DNA of 64,000 bases from an uncultured cyanobacterium (GCA_963793265.1 CAWBZI010000001.1:416001-480000), one strand, 5' to 3'. Shown: positions 31,517-40,726, numbered from the stretch's first letter. Notes: generated by a model not told the origin, from the letters alone. Numbers and translations: made by a program.

Positions 31517-31957
31517 TCATTCGAGTGTTTTAGGAGCCTGTTCGTCTGCAACGATCTCGAAGGCGCTTGCAACAGCCTTGGGAATAGGTAGCGGACGTCC
31601 TTTTTGCGCGTCAACAAAAACCCAATCGGTTTCACATTGGGCTAAGACAGCTTTGTCAGAGACGCGAAAGAACGTGTATTTTCGCTGCGATCGCACTTTC
31701 CGAATATTAGAAATCCAGGTCAAAATAGCCAGCGCTTCCCCTTCAAAAGCAGGGCGCAGATACTCAATGCGATGGGCGCGAACAATCCAAGTTGCACCAA
31801 TGGCATTGGTTTCTTTGGTGCAGGGCGTGTGGTTGGCATGGGCGATCGCGGCCGACTGCATCCACTGTACATACGCCACATTATTTAAGTGCCCGTTCTC
31901 ATCAATCGCTGAAGCAGGCACGGTCACATCGTAGCGATAGATAGCTGGAGAAAGCAT
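31517..31957 (-). CDS. Acyl-CoA thioesterase (hotdog fold)
   Basis: IDENGHLNNVAYVQWMQ, WIVRAHRIEYLRPAF. Start placed at MLSPAIY. Confidence 0.88.
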   Translation of the reverse strand: MLSPAIYRYDVTVPASAIDENGHLNNVAYVQWMQSAAIAHANHTPCTKETNAIGATWIVRAHRIEYLRPAFEGEALAILTWISNIRKVRSQRKYTFFRVSDKAVLAQCETDWVFVDAQKGRPLPIPKAVASAFEIVADEQAPKTLE

Positions 31958-32159
31958 AGGCAAATAAGGCTGTAGGCAAGCTTTGAGAAAGTATTCCAGT
32001 CTAGTGTGTAACAGAGGCAATCGCCGAGCTTTGTTGTCCTATAGAAATCTGAACATATGGGGCGACCTTTGTAGAAACGAGCGTAGGGTACTCTGTGTTT
32101 GTAAAGTGTTTATAGACTGCTGCTTACTAGCCGTTTGACTGTCTTTTAGATACGGACTT

Positions 32160-33782
32160 TTGAATACAGACGCTGTGCCTTTTCATCTTTTAGTCGCTAT
32201 TCTGCCAGCGATCGCGGCTTTTCTCTCTGGTAGCTTTGCCCTCTACGCCTGGCAACGTCGCGATATCAATGGTGCTCAGTCGTTCGCGCTGTGCTCAGGC
32301 AGCGTCTTTATTTGGTGCTTTTTTGCTGTTTTTGAGCAGCTCGCACCCACGCGATCGCAGCAAATTATGTTCGGCAAGCTCGAATATTTTGGCATTGCGT
32401 CTTTTCCATCATTTTGGATCGTCTTTACGCTTCAGTACGCCCAGTACGACCGCTGGCTGAGCAAGCGAGTGCTTAAAGCGCTTAGCATTATTCCGATACT
32501 GACGGTGGCGTTTGCCTTAAGCGATCGCTTTCATGGCCTAGTTTGGAAGGCAGCCGAGTTTTACTCAGAGCCTTTTCCCCGCCTTGAAATTACGCATGGC
32601 TGGTGGTTCAATCATGTTGCCATTCCCTACTGCTACGCGATGCTTATTGTGGGACTAGGCGTCCTGTCGATAGCATCTTTTTCTGGATCGCGACTGCACA
32701 AGCGGCAGACACTTGTGCTCCTGTCTAGTGCCCTATTCACGTTCGTAATCAACGTCATCTATATCATGACGGGCCATACCCTATATGGCCTAGATCCTAC
32801 GCCAATAGGGTTTACGTTTCTAAGCTTAGCGATTCGGCTGAGCCTGTTTCACACCAAATTTCTAGATATTTCGCCTATTTCTTACAAAACGGTTTTTCTC
32901 AATACGGCTGATGCGGTTATTTTGTTAGACCAACGGCAGCGTATTGTGGATTTGAATCCGAGTGCTTTGGCTGAGCTGGCGACGCAAATTGATGAGGCTG
33001 CTGTCATTGGCCAACCGTTTGGGCAAGTGTTTTCAGAGTATGGAACGGTGCTGAAGAAATTAGCAGGCGACGCTAGTGAGATAACCGAAGTTTTGAGGCT
33101 ACTTCGGTTACCGCTTAACTCGCAAAGCGGTCAGGTTCGAGAGATTTTTCGGAATGTGAAGGTGCGATCGCTGCTAAGCCCTGGCGGTAGATCAATAGGC
33201 TGGGTGATCATCATTCGCGACGTGACCTTAGAGAAGCAGCAGCAGGCGCAGCTAGAGCAGTTTGCCTTTATCGATAGCCTCACAGGCTTATTCAATCGTC
33301 GGCAGCTAGAGCTAAAAGCCGAAGAGATATTTGTGCCAGAGCCCTTCACAGATATTGCTACGCCGATCGCTTTACTTTATATCGATCTCAACCGCTTTAA
33401 GCCGATTAACGATACCTATGGTCACGATGTGGGTGACGAAGTGCTACAGCATTTTGCACAGTGTTTAAGAAGTAGCGTGCGCCAAGGCGATATGGTAGCT
33501 CGGATTGGAGGTGATGAGTTTGTTGCGCTGCTGTATGAGGCGAATAGGGCCGTGGCTTTGGAGGTGCGATCGCGTCTGCTCAAGTTATTAAACCGGCCTG
33601 TGGTGCTAGCGGGCCATTCATTTACTCTCAGCGCGAGCGTTGGCATTACTTACTATCCGCAAGAAGGCACGACCTTACAAGACTTACTGCGGCAGGCAGA
33701 TGCCAATATGTATCAAGAAAAGCGGCTATCAAAAGCGGCTAAATCTATTACTGGATCACAGCACGGTATATCGCAACGATAG
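32160..33782 (+). CDS. Diguanylate cyclase (7TM N-terminal region, PAS, GGDEF)
   Basis: Hydrophobic N-terminus, DAVILLD..RIVDLNP PAS, DSLTGLFNRR, DLNRFKPINDTYGH, RIGGDEF. Confidence 0.92.
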   Translation: MNTDAVPFHLLVAILPAIAAFLSGSFALYAWQRRDINGAQSFALCSGSVFIWCFFAVFEQLAPTRSQQIMFGKLEYFGIASFPSFWIVFTLQYAQYDRWLSKRVLKALSIIPILTVAFALSDRFHGLVWKAAEFYSEPFPRLEITHGWWFNHVAIPYCYAMLIVGLGVLSIASFSGSRLHKRQTLVLLSSALFTFVINVIYIMTGHTLYGLDPTPIGFTFLSLAIRLSLFHTKFLDISPISYKTVFLNTADAVILLDQRQRIVDLNPSALAELATQIDEAAVIGQPFGQVFSEYGTVLKKLAGDASEITEVLRLLRLPLNSQSGQVREIFRNVKVRSLLSPGGRSIGWVIIIRDVTLEKQQQAQLEQFAFIDSLTGLFNRRQLELKAEEIFVPEPFTDIATPIALLYIDLNRFKPINDTYGHDVGDEVLQHFAQCLRSSVRQGDMVARIGGDEFVALLYEANRAVALEVRSRLLKLLNRPVVLAGHSFTLSASVGITYYPQEGTTLQDLLRQADANMYQEKRLSKAAKSITGSQHGISQR

Positions 33783-33876
33783 ATGGCTAAAGGGGTGATA
33801 GGTACGTAAGAAAACAGGTAAGGTTATTATGACCTTTGTGCTTACTTCTTTTAGCGACTTCTCGTAACCGACCTAT

Positions 33877-35553
33877 ATGCGATATCTCATCACCAGCGCC
33901 CTGCCATACATCAACGGCATCAAGCATCTTGGCAACTTGGTGGGCTCGATGCTACCAGCAGATGTGTATGCGCGGTTTTTGAGACAAGAAGGTGAGGAAG
34001 TTCTTTACATATGTGCAACCGATGAGCATGGCACTCCGGCTGAGATTGCCGCACTAGAAGAAGGACTAGATGTAGCCGCCTTTTGTACGAGGCAGTATGA
34101 GCGGCAGGCGGATATCTATAAAAAGTTTGGTCTATCGTTTGATTACTTCGGACGGACATCTTCTACAGATCAAAAAGATTTGACGCAGGACTTTTACCGC
34201 AGCTTAGACAGAGAAGGCTTTATTGAAGAGCGCGAAATTAGTCAGGTTTATTCTGTTGCAGATGAGCGTTTTTTGCCCGATCGCTATGTAGAAGGTACCT
34301 GCCCAAACTGTGGCTACGAGAAGGCCAGAGGCGATCAGTGCGAGAACTGTACGAAGCTTTTGAACCCTACAGACTTAATCAATCCGCGATCGGCAGTTTC
34401 GGGCTCTACTGATGTAGAAGTGCGAACGAGTCGGCATTTGTTTTTGCGGCTCGACCAGCTCAGCGGTGAAGTACGTGACTGGGTAGACGAGCAGACTGAC
34501 TGGCCGAATTTGACTAAATCGATTGCCTATAAGTGGCTAGATGAAGGGCTGCAAAGCCGAGGGATTACGCGCGACCTGAAGTGGGGGGTGCCGGTGCCCA
34601 AAGAAGGCTTTGAGGATAAGGTTTTTTATGTGTGGTTCGATGCGCCGATTGGGTATGTGTCAGCCACTAAGAGCTGGGGCGATCGCGAAAATAAAGACTG
34701 GAAAAGCTGGTGGTACGACGCTAAAGACGTTCGCTACACCCAGTTCATGGCAAAAGACAATCTGCCTTTTCACACCATCATGTGGCCTGCGACCATTTTA
34801 GGCACGCGCGAGCCCTGGAAGATGGCGGACTACATTAAGGGCTTTAACTGGCTGAACTACTACGGCGGTAAGTTTTCCACCAGCTCTAAGCGAGGCGTGT
34901 TCTTAGATCAAGCCCTGGAGATTGCACCGCCTGACTATTGGCGATATATGCTGATGGCCTCTGCGCCAGAGTCGTCAGATTCGGCGTTTACCTGGGAGCA
35001 GTTTCAAACCAAGGTGAATAAAGAGCTAGCTGATAACTTTGGTAATTTTGTTAACCGGATTTTGAAGTTTACGGCCTCAAAGTTTGGCAATGAACTGCCA
35101 GCAGGTGGAGAGCCAGGTGAGGCAGAAGCTGAGCTGGAAGGGCGGTGTGAGGAGCTGGTGGGGGAGTTGCGATCGCACCTACACAACATGGAATTTCGCA
35201 AAGCCACCGAAACCCTCAACGCCCTCTGGTCAGCTGGGAATCAATACATAGACGTACGCGCACCTTGGACTTTGTTTAAGCAAGACAAAGCGCTAGCGGC
35301 AGTTGTCATTCGCACCTGCATCAACCTAATTCGCCTGTATGCAATAGCTTCAGCCCCTTTCATTCCCACCACTGTAGAACAGCTATTCGACGCTCTACAG
35401 CTCACCGAATCAGAACGCCGTAGTACGATGACCGTAGCGACTGACTTAACTATCCTCAAAGCCGGTCGAGCTTTTAACGTTCCACCTGTACTGATTCAAA
35501 AAATAGACGATGATCGTGTAGCCGAACTTAAGAACCAGTATGGAGGTGATTGA
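33877..35553 (+). CDS. metG: Methionine--tRNA ligase (short form, no C-terminal dimerisation domain)
   Basis: ITSALPYING..HLGN, zinc knuckles CPNC/CENC, FYVWFDAPIGY, KFSTS. Confidence 0.96.
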   Translation: MRYLITSALPYINGIKHLGNLVGSMLPADVYARFLRQEGEEVLYICATDEHGTPAEIAALEEGLDVAAFCTRQYERQADIYKKFGLSFDYFGRTSSTDQKDLTQDFYRSLDREGFIEEREISQVYSVADERFLPDRYVEGTCPNCGYEKARGDQCENCTKLLNPTDLINPRSAVSGSTDVEVRTSRHLFLRLDQLSGEVRDWVDEQTDWPNLTKSIAYKWLDEGLQSRGITRDLKWGVPVPKEGFEDKVFYVWFDAPIGYVSATKSWGDRENKDWKSWWYDAKDVRYTQFMAKDNLPFHTIMWPATILGTREPWKMADYIKGFNWLNYYGGKFSTSSKRGVFLDQALEIAPPDYWRYMLMASAPESSDSAFTWEQFQTKVNKELADNFGNFVNRILKFTASKFGNELPAGGEPGEAEAELEGRCEELVGELRSHLHNMEFRKATETLNALWSAGNQYIDVRAPWTLFKQDKALAAVVIRTCINLIRLYAIASAPFIPTTVEQLFDALQLTESERRSTMTVATDLTILKAGRAFNVPPVLIQKIDDDRVAELKNQYGGD

Positions 35554-35682
35554 GTAGTATTTCTAAGCACTTCTGATACTCGTATCTTGGACATTAGATA
35601 CTGAGTTGCTGTCAGCATATGTATATTTGGGATATGTCTAATCGGTCACTATTTTTTATACTCAAGTAAGTAGAGTTAGTTT

Positions 35683-35922
35683 TTGGGAGGAATAGCACAG
35701 CCAAAACCTTCTATCGTGGACAAGTTCAGGGTAGTTGGAATAGAAAGCGGTAGAAAAGTCTATAGAGACGATACAGAAAATCGATACTACACATGGGATT
35801 CGATGCACGGAGAGTTTGAAGTATTTAACAAAAATGGTCGTCACTTAGGTGCGGTCTGTCCCACTACTGGAGACTTGATCAAGCCTGCTGTGAAAGGCAG
35901 GAAAATAAATAAACAAAATTAG
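35683..35922 (+). CDS. Stand-alone colicin E3-type (cytotoxic) ribonuclease toxin
   Basis: RYYTWDSMHGEFEVFNKNGRHLGAVCPTTG..KPAVKGRKI matches colicin E3 C-terminal YEWDSQHGELEGY...HLGSFDPKTG. TTG start; in-frame TAG just upstream, so no larger fusion. Confidence 0.85.
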   Translation: MGGIAQPKPSIVDKFRVVGIESGRKVYRDDTENRYYTWDSMHGEFEVFNKNGRHLGAVCPTTGDLIKPAVKGRKINKQN

Positions 35923-35932
35923 GAAGCGACAG

Positions 35933-36244
35933 ATGAGTTTTATCAAGATGTGCCTTGCTGGTGATGTTTTAGAAGATGAAATAGATGAATTCGTAGATAG
36001 ATGGCATGACGGTATAATCGGTGAAGGTCAGCAACTATACGAACTCTTAGGGATGACTTGGGAGGAATATTCTCTCTGGGCAACTCGACCATCAATACTG
36101 CCCTTTATTTTAGCTGCGCATAAGAACAAAACGGATGTCACAACTGAGCTTAACCAGGAGAGATATGCCTTAGCAGCTAGGGCCGAAACTGCTAAGGAAG
36201 CTGAGCAAATAGAGGATTGGTTGAAAAGTATAGGGAAGGCATAG
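35933..36244 (+). CDS. Small acidic hypothetical protein, putative antitoxin/immunity protein
   Basis: 103 aa, D/E-rich (EDEIDEFVDRWH...LGMTWEEYSLW), 10 nt downstream of the RNase gene with an AGGAAG SD-like sequence. Function is inferred. Confidence 0.7.
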   Translation: MSFIKMCLAGDVLEDEIDEFVDRWHDGIIGEGQQLYELLGMTWEEYSLWATRPSILPFILAAHKNKTDVTTELNQERYALAARAETAKEAEQIEDWLKSIGKA

Positions 36245-37191
36245 TGGAAGCCGTAGAAAAGATGGCTGCAAGGGTTCTCCACCGGAACGGGCTTATACCC
36301 CCGTATAACCTAGAAGCTTTGGCAAGTAAGTACGGAAACGTTGAATATCACCGATTTCCTCTAAATGCGGATGGAGTTACTGTTGGTATAGGTCGCGACA
36401 CTACACCACAGATTCTAGTCAATAAAGGGATTTCCCAAAGCAGACAGAAATTTACTTTGGCTCATGAATTAGGGCACGTGATAATTCCATGGCACGTTGG
36501 TACAATCGTTTCACATCTAGAGCTAAAAGCTTATGCCCAAGATGAATATCGGCAAATGGAATCTGAAGCTAATCGGTTTGCCGCCGAGCTATTGATACCT
36601 ACTGTATGGACTAAGAAACAAGTAAGTTTCTTTAAATCATACGGAAAGTACCTAGAATTCATCGTTGCCTCAACGGGTGCGTCTAGAGATGCCGTATTAA
36701 TCAAGATCTTTCCTATTCTAGATCAACCTATTGTCTGTGCTCAACATGACGAATCGGGAGAGATCATTAATTACTATCACACTCCATCAGCGCCTCCATG
36801 TTTTGATTTATCGGGAAAGAATATTTCCAGAGACAAGCTGTTTCTTACGCCTTGCAAAACGGAAGAATTTTACTTAGGAGATAGAAGGTATTATCTGTGG
36901 GAGTTTGAGAAAGAAGCAATAGACGAAAGTGATAGTCGAAGCTGGAGGGAAATCCTCTCTATCATCCTCTCTGAAGCAGATTGTGAGCATCTGCAACAGA
37001 ACGTAAATGCTGTCCTGCCAAGTGAAGTTAAGCCAAATAAGCATGGCTCTGTTAATGAGATATGTAACGCTGTTATGAGACGGTACGACGGTAGAGACTC
37101 ATCTAGGCCAGTAGTAGCTCATCCGCTCTTCAAGCAATACGTAGTTAAAAGAGTCAAAGAGCTAATTGCCCGTAGGAAAAAGATGGTATAG
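36244..37191 (+). CDS. ImmA/IrrE-family (Peptidase M78) zinc metallopeptidase with C-terminal extension, no HTH
   Basis: RQKFTLAHELGH (HExxH) and ESEANRFAAELLIP. GTG start overlaps the upstream stop (TAGTG). Confidence 0.9.
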   Translation: MEAVEKMAARVLHRNGLIPPYNLEALASKYGNVEYHRFPLNADGVTVGIGRDTTPQILVNKGISQSRQKFTLAHELGHVIIPWHVGTIVSHLELKAYAQDEYRQMESEANRFAAELLIPTVWTKKQVSFFKSYGKYLEFIVASTGASRDAVLIKIFPILDQPIVCAQHDESGEIINYYHTPSAPPCFDLSGKNISRDKLFLTPCKTEEFYLGDRRYYLWEFEKEAIDESDSRSWREILSIILSEADCEHLQQNVNAVLPSEVKPNKHGSVNEICNAVMRRYDGRDSSRPVVAHPLFKQYVVKRVKELIARRKKMV

Positions 37192-37238
37192 CAAAGAATT
37201 CTTTACAAGTCAGTCAGGGAGTAAGGCTGTAAGGAAAA

Positions 37239-37264
37239 GCTGCTTGCTCATGAGAGCAAGCAGC
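37239..37264. terminator. Hairpin terminator between convergent genes
   Basis: gctgcttgctc-atga-gagcaagcagc preceded by aaaa. Confidence 0.75.
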
Positions 37265-37309
37265 CCATGGAGCTGTATATTTTGTCAAAGCTGAATATTG
37301 GTTAATCTT

Positions 37310-37744
37310 CTATGCGATCGTTTCGCTTAAAACATCGGCGGGCTGATGGCCAATCGCTTCGATAAACGCCGTTCTATTTTTGGGCGAGACTAGGATGAAG
37401 CGCTGTTTGCCGTAGTCAATTTTAAGGCGGTTGATTGACAGGGCTGGGGAAGAAATCCAGGTGCGGCTGGCGGTGACGGAGCGAATTTGTTCTAGCGGAA
37501 CAGACCAAGAGAAGGGGCCTGCTTGAATGCGCAAGATGGCAGAATCAACGCGATAGTACGTGGAGAGTAGTAGCCAAATTGGAATAATCGAAACTACCAC
37601 TAGAGCGCCAATAGTGAGTACCGTGGCCTTAGCGTTTTCATCGGATAAGTTGGAGAGTGCTGCGCTAAATAGAACAATAGGTAGACTGAAGACTAAACCA
37701 TAAAACCAGGGGTCAACGGCGGATCTAAAGAACATATTGAACAC
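37310..37744 (-). CDS. Membrane protein with bacterial PH domain (YyaB-like)
   Basis: F.SAVD.W, two TMs, T.Y.V...L.I..GPF, SSPALS..RL.I.YG...I.VSP. Confidence 0.8.
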   Translation of the reverse strand: MFNMFFRSAVDPWFYGLVFSLPIVLFSAALSNLSDENAKATVLTIGALVVVSIIPIWLLLSTYYRVDSAILRIQAGPFSWSVPLEQIRSVTASRTWISSPALSINRLKIDYGKQRFILVSPKNRTAFIEAIGHQPADVLSETIA

Positions 37745-37922
37745 TCACATAAACTCGATAATGGCAGCGATGCGCTGTGTTCTTAGATTACCCAACAAGA
37801 AATATTGATATCTATTGGGCTCAATCAATCAGTTATGTTTGATGTAAATTGGCTACAAGCAGCGGAATTATTGAGCTGTATGTGGTATCTAGAAGGTCAT
37901 ACTGTGATTTGGCTTAGATGAC

Positions 37923-38558
37923 GTGATAGATAGCGCAACGTTAGTTTCGTTTGGGATCGCAGCGGCTTTACTGGTGGCGATGCCGGGGCCTGCGACACTG
38001 TATATTGTGACGCGCAGTTTGGATCAGGGGCGCTCGGCGGGGGTGGCTTCGGTGTTAGGAATTTCGGTGGGGGCGATCGCACACTTCATAGCCGCAGGCT
38101 TCGGCCTCTCTGCCATCCTAATGACATCAGCAACCGCATTCTCTGCCGTCAAATATGCTGGGGCTTTATACCTAATCTACTTAGGCATCCAAAAACTACG
38201 CTCTAACGAAACGCTGAAGATAGATGGTGAGGTACCCAAAGAACCTTTGCTGAAGATCTTTCGCCAAGGCGTTATTGTGAACGTTTTGAACCCAAAGGCC
38301 GCTATCTTCTCTCTGGCCTTTCTACCCCAGTTCATCAATCCTACGGGCGCACCAGTATGGCAGCAGTTGAGCTTACTGTGCTTCGTATTTATATGCATTG
38401 GCCTATTGGGAGATAGCACCTACGCAATGCTTGCTGGGCAAATGCGCCAGTGGATTGTGAAGCACCCTAAGTTTTTGCGCCGACAAAAATACGTGACAGG
38501 CGGCACATATATTGCCTTAGGCATGGCCGCAGCGACGGTAGGGCCGAACCAAAAGTAG
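37923..38558 (+). CDS. LysE/RhtB-family translocator
   Basis: PGPATLYIV, KYAGALYLIYLG, NVLNPKAAIF. Confidence 0.92.
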   Translation: MIDSATLVSFGIAAALLVAMPGPATLYIVTRSLDQGRSAGVASVLGISVGAIAHFIAAGFGLSAILMTSATAFSAVKYAGALYLIYLGIQKLRSNETLKIDGEVPKEPLLKIFRQGVIVNVLNPKAAIFSLAFLPQFINPTGAPVWQQLSLLCFVFICIGLLGDSTYAMLAGQMRQWIVKHPKFLRRQKYVTGGTYIALGMAAATVGPNQK

Positions 38559-38581
38559 GGGATAAAGGAAAATGATCGAGT

Positions 38582-39628
38582 GTGTTGAGGGCTATTGGCG
38601 TGTTTTTTCTGAGTCGCACTAAGTTTGTTACTTTTGTTCTGCTGGGGCTAATAGCTTTACTAAGCACTTCGCTGGTAAGCTGCTATCGTGGTGCGGCAAC
38701 GGGCGGCGGCAATCCAACTGTCGAGTCCTTTGTTGCAGTCACCCAAATCGTCAAACACCCAGCTTTGAATGCCGTTCGCGATGGCATAAAAGAAGCCCTG
38801 GCGGATGCTGGATATAGAGAGGGAGAGTCTTTACGGTGGGAGTGGCTGAGTGCGCAAGGAAGCCCGCCAACAGCAGCGCGGATTGCGAGTAAGTATGCTG
38901 GGGCTAATCCTGATGTGATTGTCGCGATCGCAACCCCAAGCGCCCAAGCTGTCGCAGCAGCAGCGAAAAACATCCCCGTCGTTTTCTCAGCCGTTAGCGA
39001 TCCGGTTGGTGCAAACCTCGTTAACAATATCAATAAGCCTGGCAGCAACATAACTGGCGTTAGCGATCTTTCTCCTATCGCTCAACATCTAGCATTAATC
39101 AGAGAAATCTTACCTGAAGCAGAAACGCTCGGTGTGATTTATAGCGCCGAAGAGAAGAACGCTGCAAGCCTGATTAGTTTATTGAAAGAACAGGCTCCCG
39201 ATCAGGGCTTCAATGAAGTCAAGGAAGCGACAGTATCTACTGCTATTGAAGCGATAGGGGTCGCGCGTAGCTTGGTCGGAACGGTAGACGCAATATACGT
39301 GCCGACTGACTTAAGTATTGACAAGACAGGCATATCGATGCTTGAATCAGTAGCTCAAGTGGGTCAGGATAACGATTTTCCGGTGTTTTCAGGGGATGTG
39401 AACGCTGTTGAAAGGGGTGCGATCGCCAGCATTAGTTTCAACTACTACGACATAGGTCGTCAGACCGGGCAAATGGTAATAAAAGTGCTCGAAGGTAGCA
39501 GACCAGAAAATCTACCCGTCGAATATGTTAGTACCATACAGCTATCTATAAACCCAAAGTCAGCATCAGAAATGGGCGTGACGCTTCCTAGCGAAGTTAT
39601 TGAGCGAGCAGACCGAGTTATTGAATAA
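38582..39628 (+). CDS. ABC transporter substrate-binding lipoprotein (ABC_sub_bind, TrpX-like)
   Basis: QIVKHPAL, IATPSAQA, IPVVFSAVSDP, NITGVSD. Confidence 0.88.
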   Translation: MLRAIGVFFLSRTKFVTFVLLGLIALLSTSLVSCYRGAATGGGNPTVESFVAVTQIVKHPALNAVRDGIKEALADAGYREGESLRWEWLSAQGSPPTAARIASKYAGANPDVIVAIATPSAQAVAAAAKNIPVVFSAVSDPVGANLVNNINKPGSNITGVSDLSPIAQHLALIREILPEAETLGVIYSAEEKNAASLISLLKEQAPDQGFNEVKEATVSTAIEAIGVARSLVGTVDAIYVPTDLSIDKTGISMLESVAQVGQDNDFPVFSGDVNAVERGAIASISFNYYDIGRQTGQMVIKVLEGSRPENLPVEYVSTIQLSINPKSASEMGVTLPSEVIERADRVIE

Positions 39629-39641
39629 AACTACGGTCGAA

Positions 39642-40385
39642 TCAGAAGAACAACAACAGACCCGAATAGCCCAGCGCGCCTGCTGCGAACATGCCAAACT
39701 TGCTCTCGTTCGCCTGTGGTAGCTCTTCTTTGAGCACATTAAGAATGATGCTGCCCGCCAAAAACGCAAACAATACCGCCGTAGCCGCTTCGCTGATTGT
39801 TGTCTGAGTGCCTAGAACCCAGCCAAAGATAACAGCGCCTGCTAGGATCCAGCGCCCTATTTTATCGTAGACATGCTTATGATCGCCGCACAGGCTGTAG
39901 TCATTAACAATAAAATGTAGCGCCATCGCAAAGACATACACCATCAGGCTCACTAGGCCCCCATCTTCGCGATGCATCAGCAGATAGCCAATAAGCGCGT
40001 TGTACAGAGAGAATGAAACCATGTGTAGCCAAAAAACATCGGCCTGAGTGGCGTCATCACCGCCGCTCCGCACACTTCGCTCCCTAGAGGCGTCTGCCGC
40101 TCGCTCTAACCCATAAAATGCAACCATTCCTACTAGAGACAAGATATAGACATGGTGCTCAATGGCATCTATAAACTGCACGTGAGACTGGAGCTGTTCT
40201 TGCGCTTCCCCTAAATCTGGCAAAATATGTACGAACACATACGCTACTGACACGCCGCTGCCTAGCGAAAGCCACCGACTTCGGGGCGACTTCCTTAAAA
40301 ACTTGAGCTTTCCAGCATAGATGTGGATCAGAGCTAGCAGCAAGGCTGACAAGCCCGTGATCCACCAGAGCGAGCTGTCATTCAT
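39642..40385 (-). CDS. ZIP-like membrane protein
   Basis: SLGSGVSVAYVFVHILP, AMALHF..ND, NVLKEELP. Confidence 0.7.
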   Translation of the reverse strand: MNDSSLWWITGLSALLLALIHIYAGKLKFLRKSPRSRWLSLGSGVSVAYVFVHILPDLGEAQEQLQSHVQFIDAIEHHVYILSLVGMVAFYGLERAADASRERSVRSGGDDATQADVFWLHMVSFSLYNALIGYLLMHREDGGLVSLMVYVFAMALHFIVNDYSLCGDHKHVYDKIGRWILAGAVIFGWVLGTQTTISEAATAVLFAFLAGSIILNVLKEELPQANESKFGMFAAGALGYSGLLLFF

Positions 40386-40426
40386 AGCAACCTAAAGATC
40401 TGAGGGGTAGATCTATAGGTTAATGG

Positions 40427-40726
40427 CTATGGTGTTGCAGTACCACCACTTTGTCTGGCTCGTGACGTGCCTTGCTTAGAGAGCACGTCTTCGTCAACAG
40501 CCTGATCGCTCAAGTTGCCTTGGGCTCGCTCAATGGCAGCTTCAGTGGCTTCGGTTACTGGCTGGGCAGCGTCAGCCTGTCTATTCTGAGCCTGTGAAGG
40601 TGATATGGCGGTGGTATCTGCTTGAGAACAAGCAGTAGCAGTGATGACCAAAACGCCCGCTAAAAACACGATTAGTAGCTTGCGCATTTGCTTGTACGCC
40701 TGCACAGTTTGAGAAAGTAAGCTCAT
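40427..40726 (-). CDS. Small putative lipoprotein
   Basis: Signal LLIVFLAGVLVITATAC (lipobox) followed by a hydrophilic tail. Confidence 0.65.
   Translation of the reverse strand: MSLLSQTVQAYKQMRKLLIVFLAGVLVITATACSQADTTAISPSQAQNRQADAAQPVTEATEAAIERAQGNLSDQAVDEDVLSKQGTSRARQSGGTATP

Noticed and set aside
35683..35922. Broken C-terminal tip of a secreted colicin/CDI/Rhs toxin
   Set aside because: Only ~130 bp separates it from metG, there is an in-frame stop immediately upstream, and no delivery-domain remnants or secretion genes are nearby. Not fully excluded.
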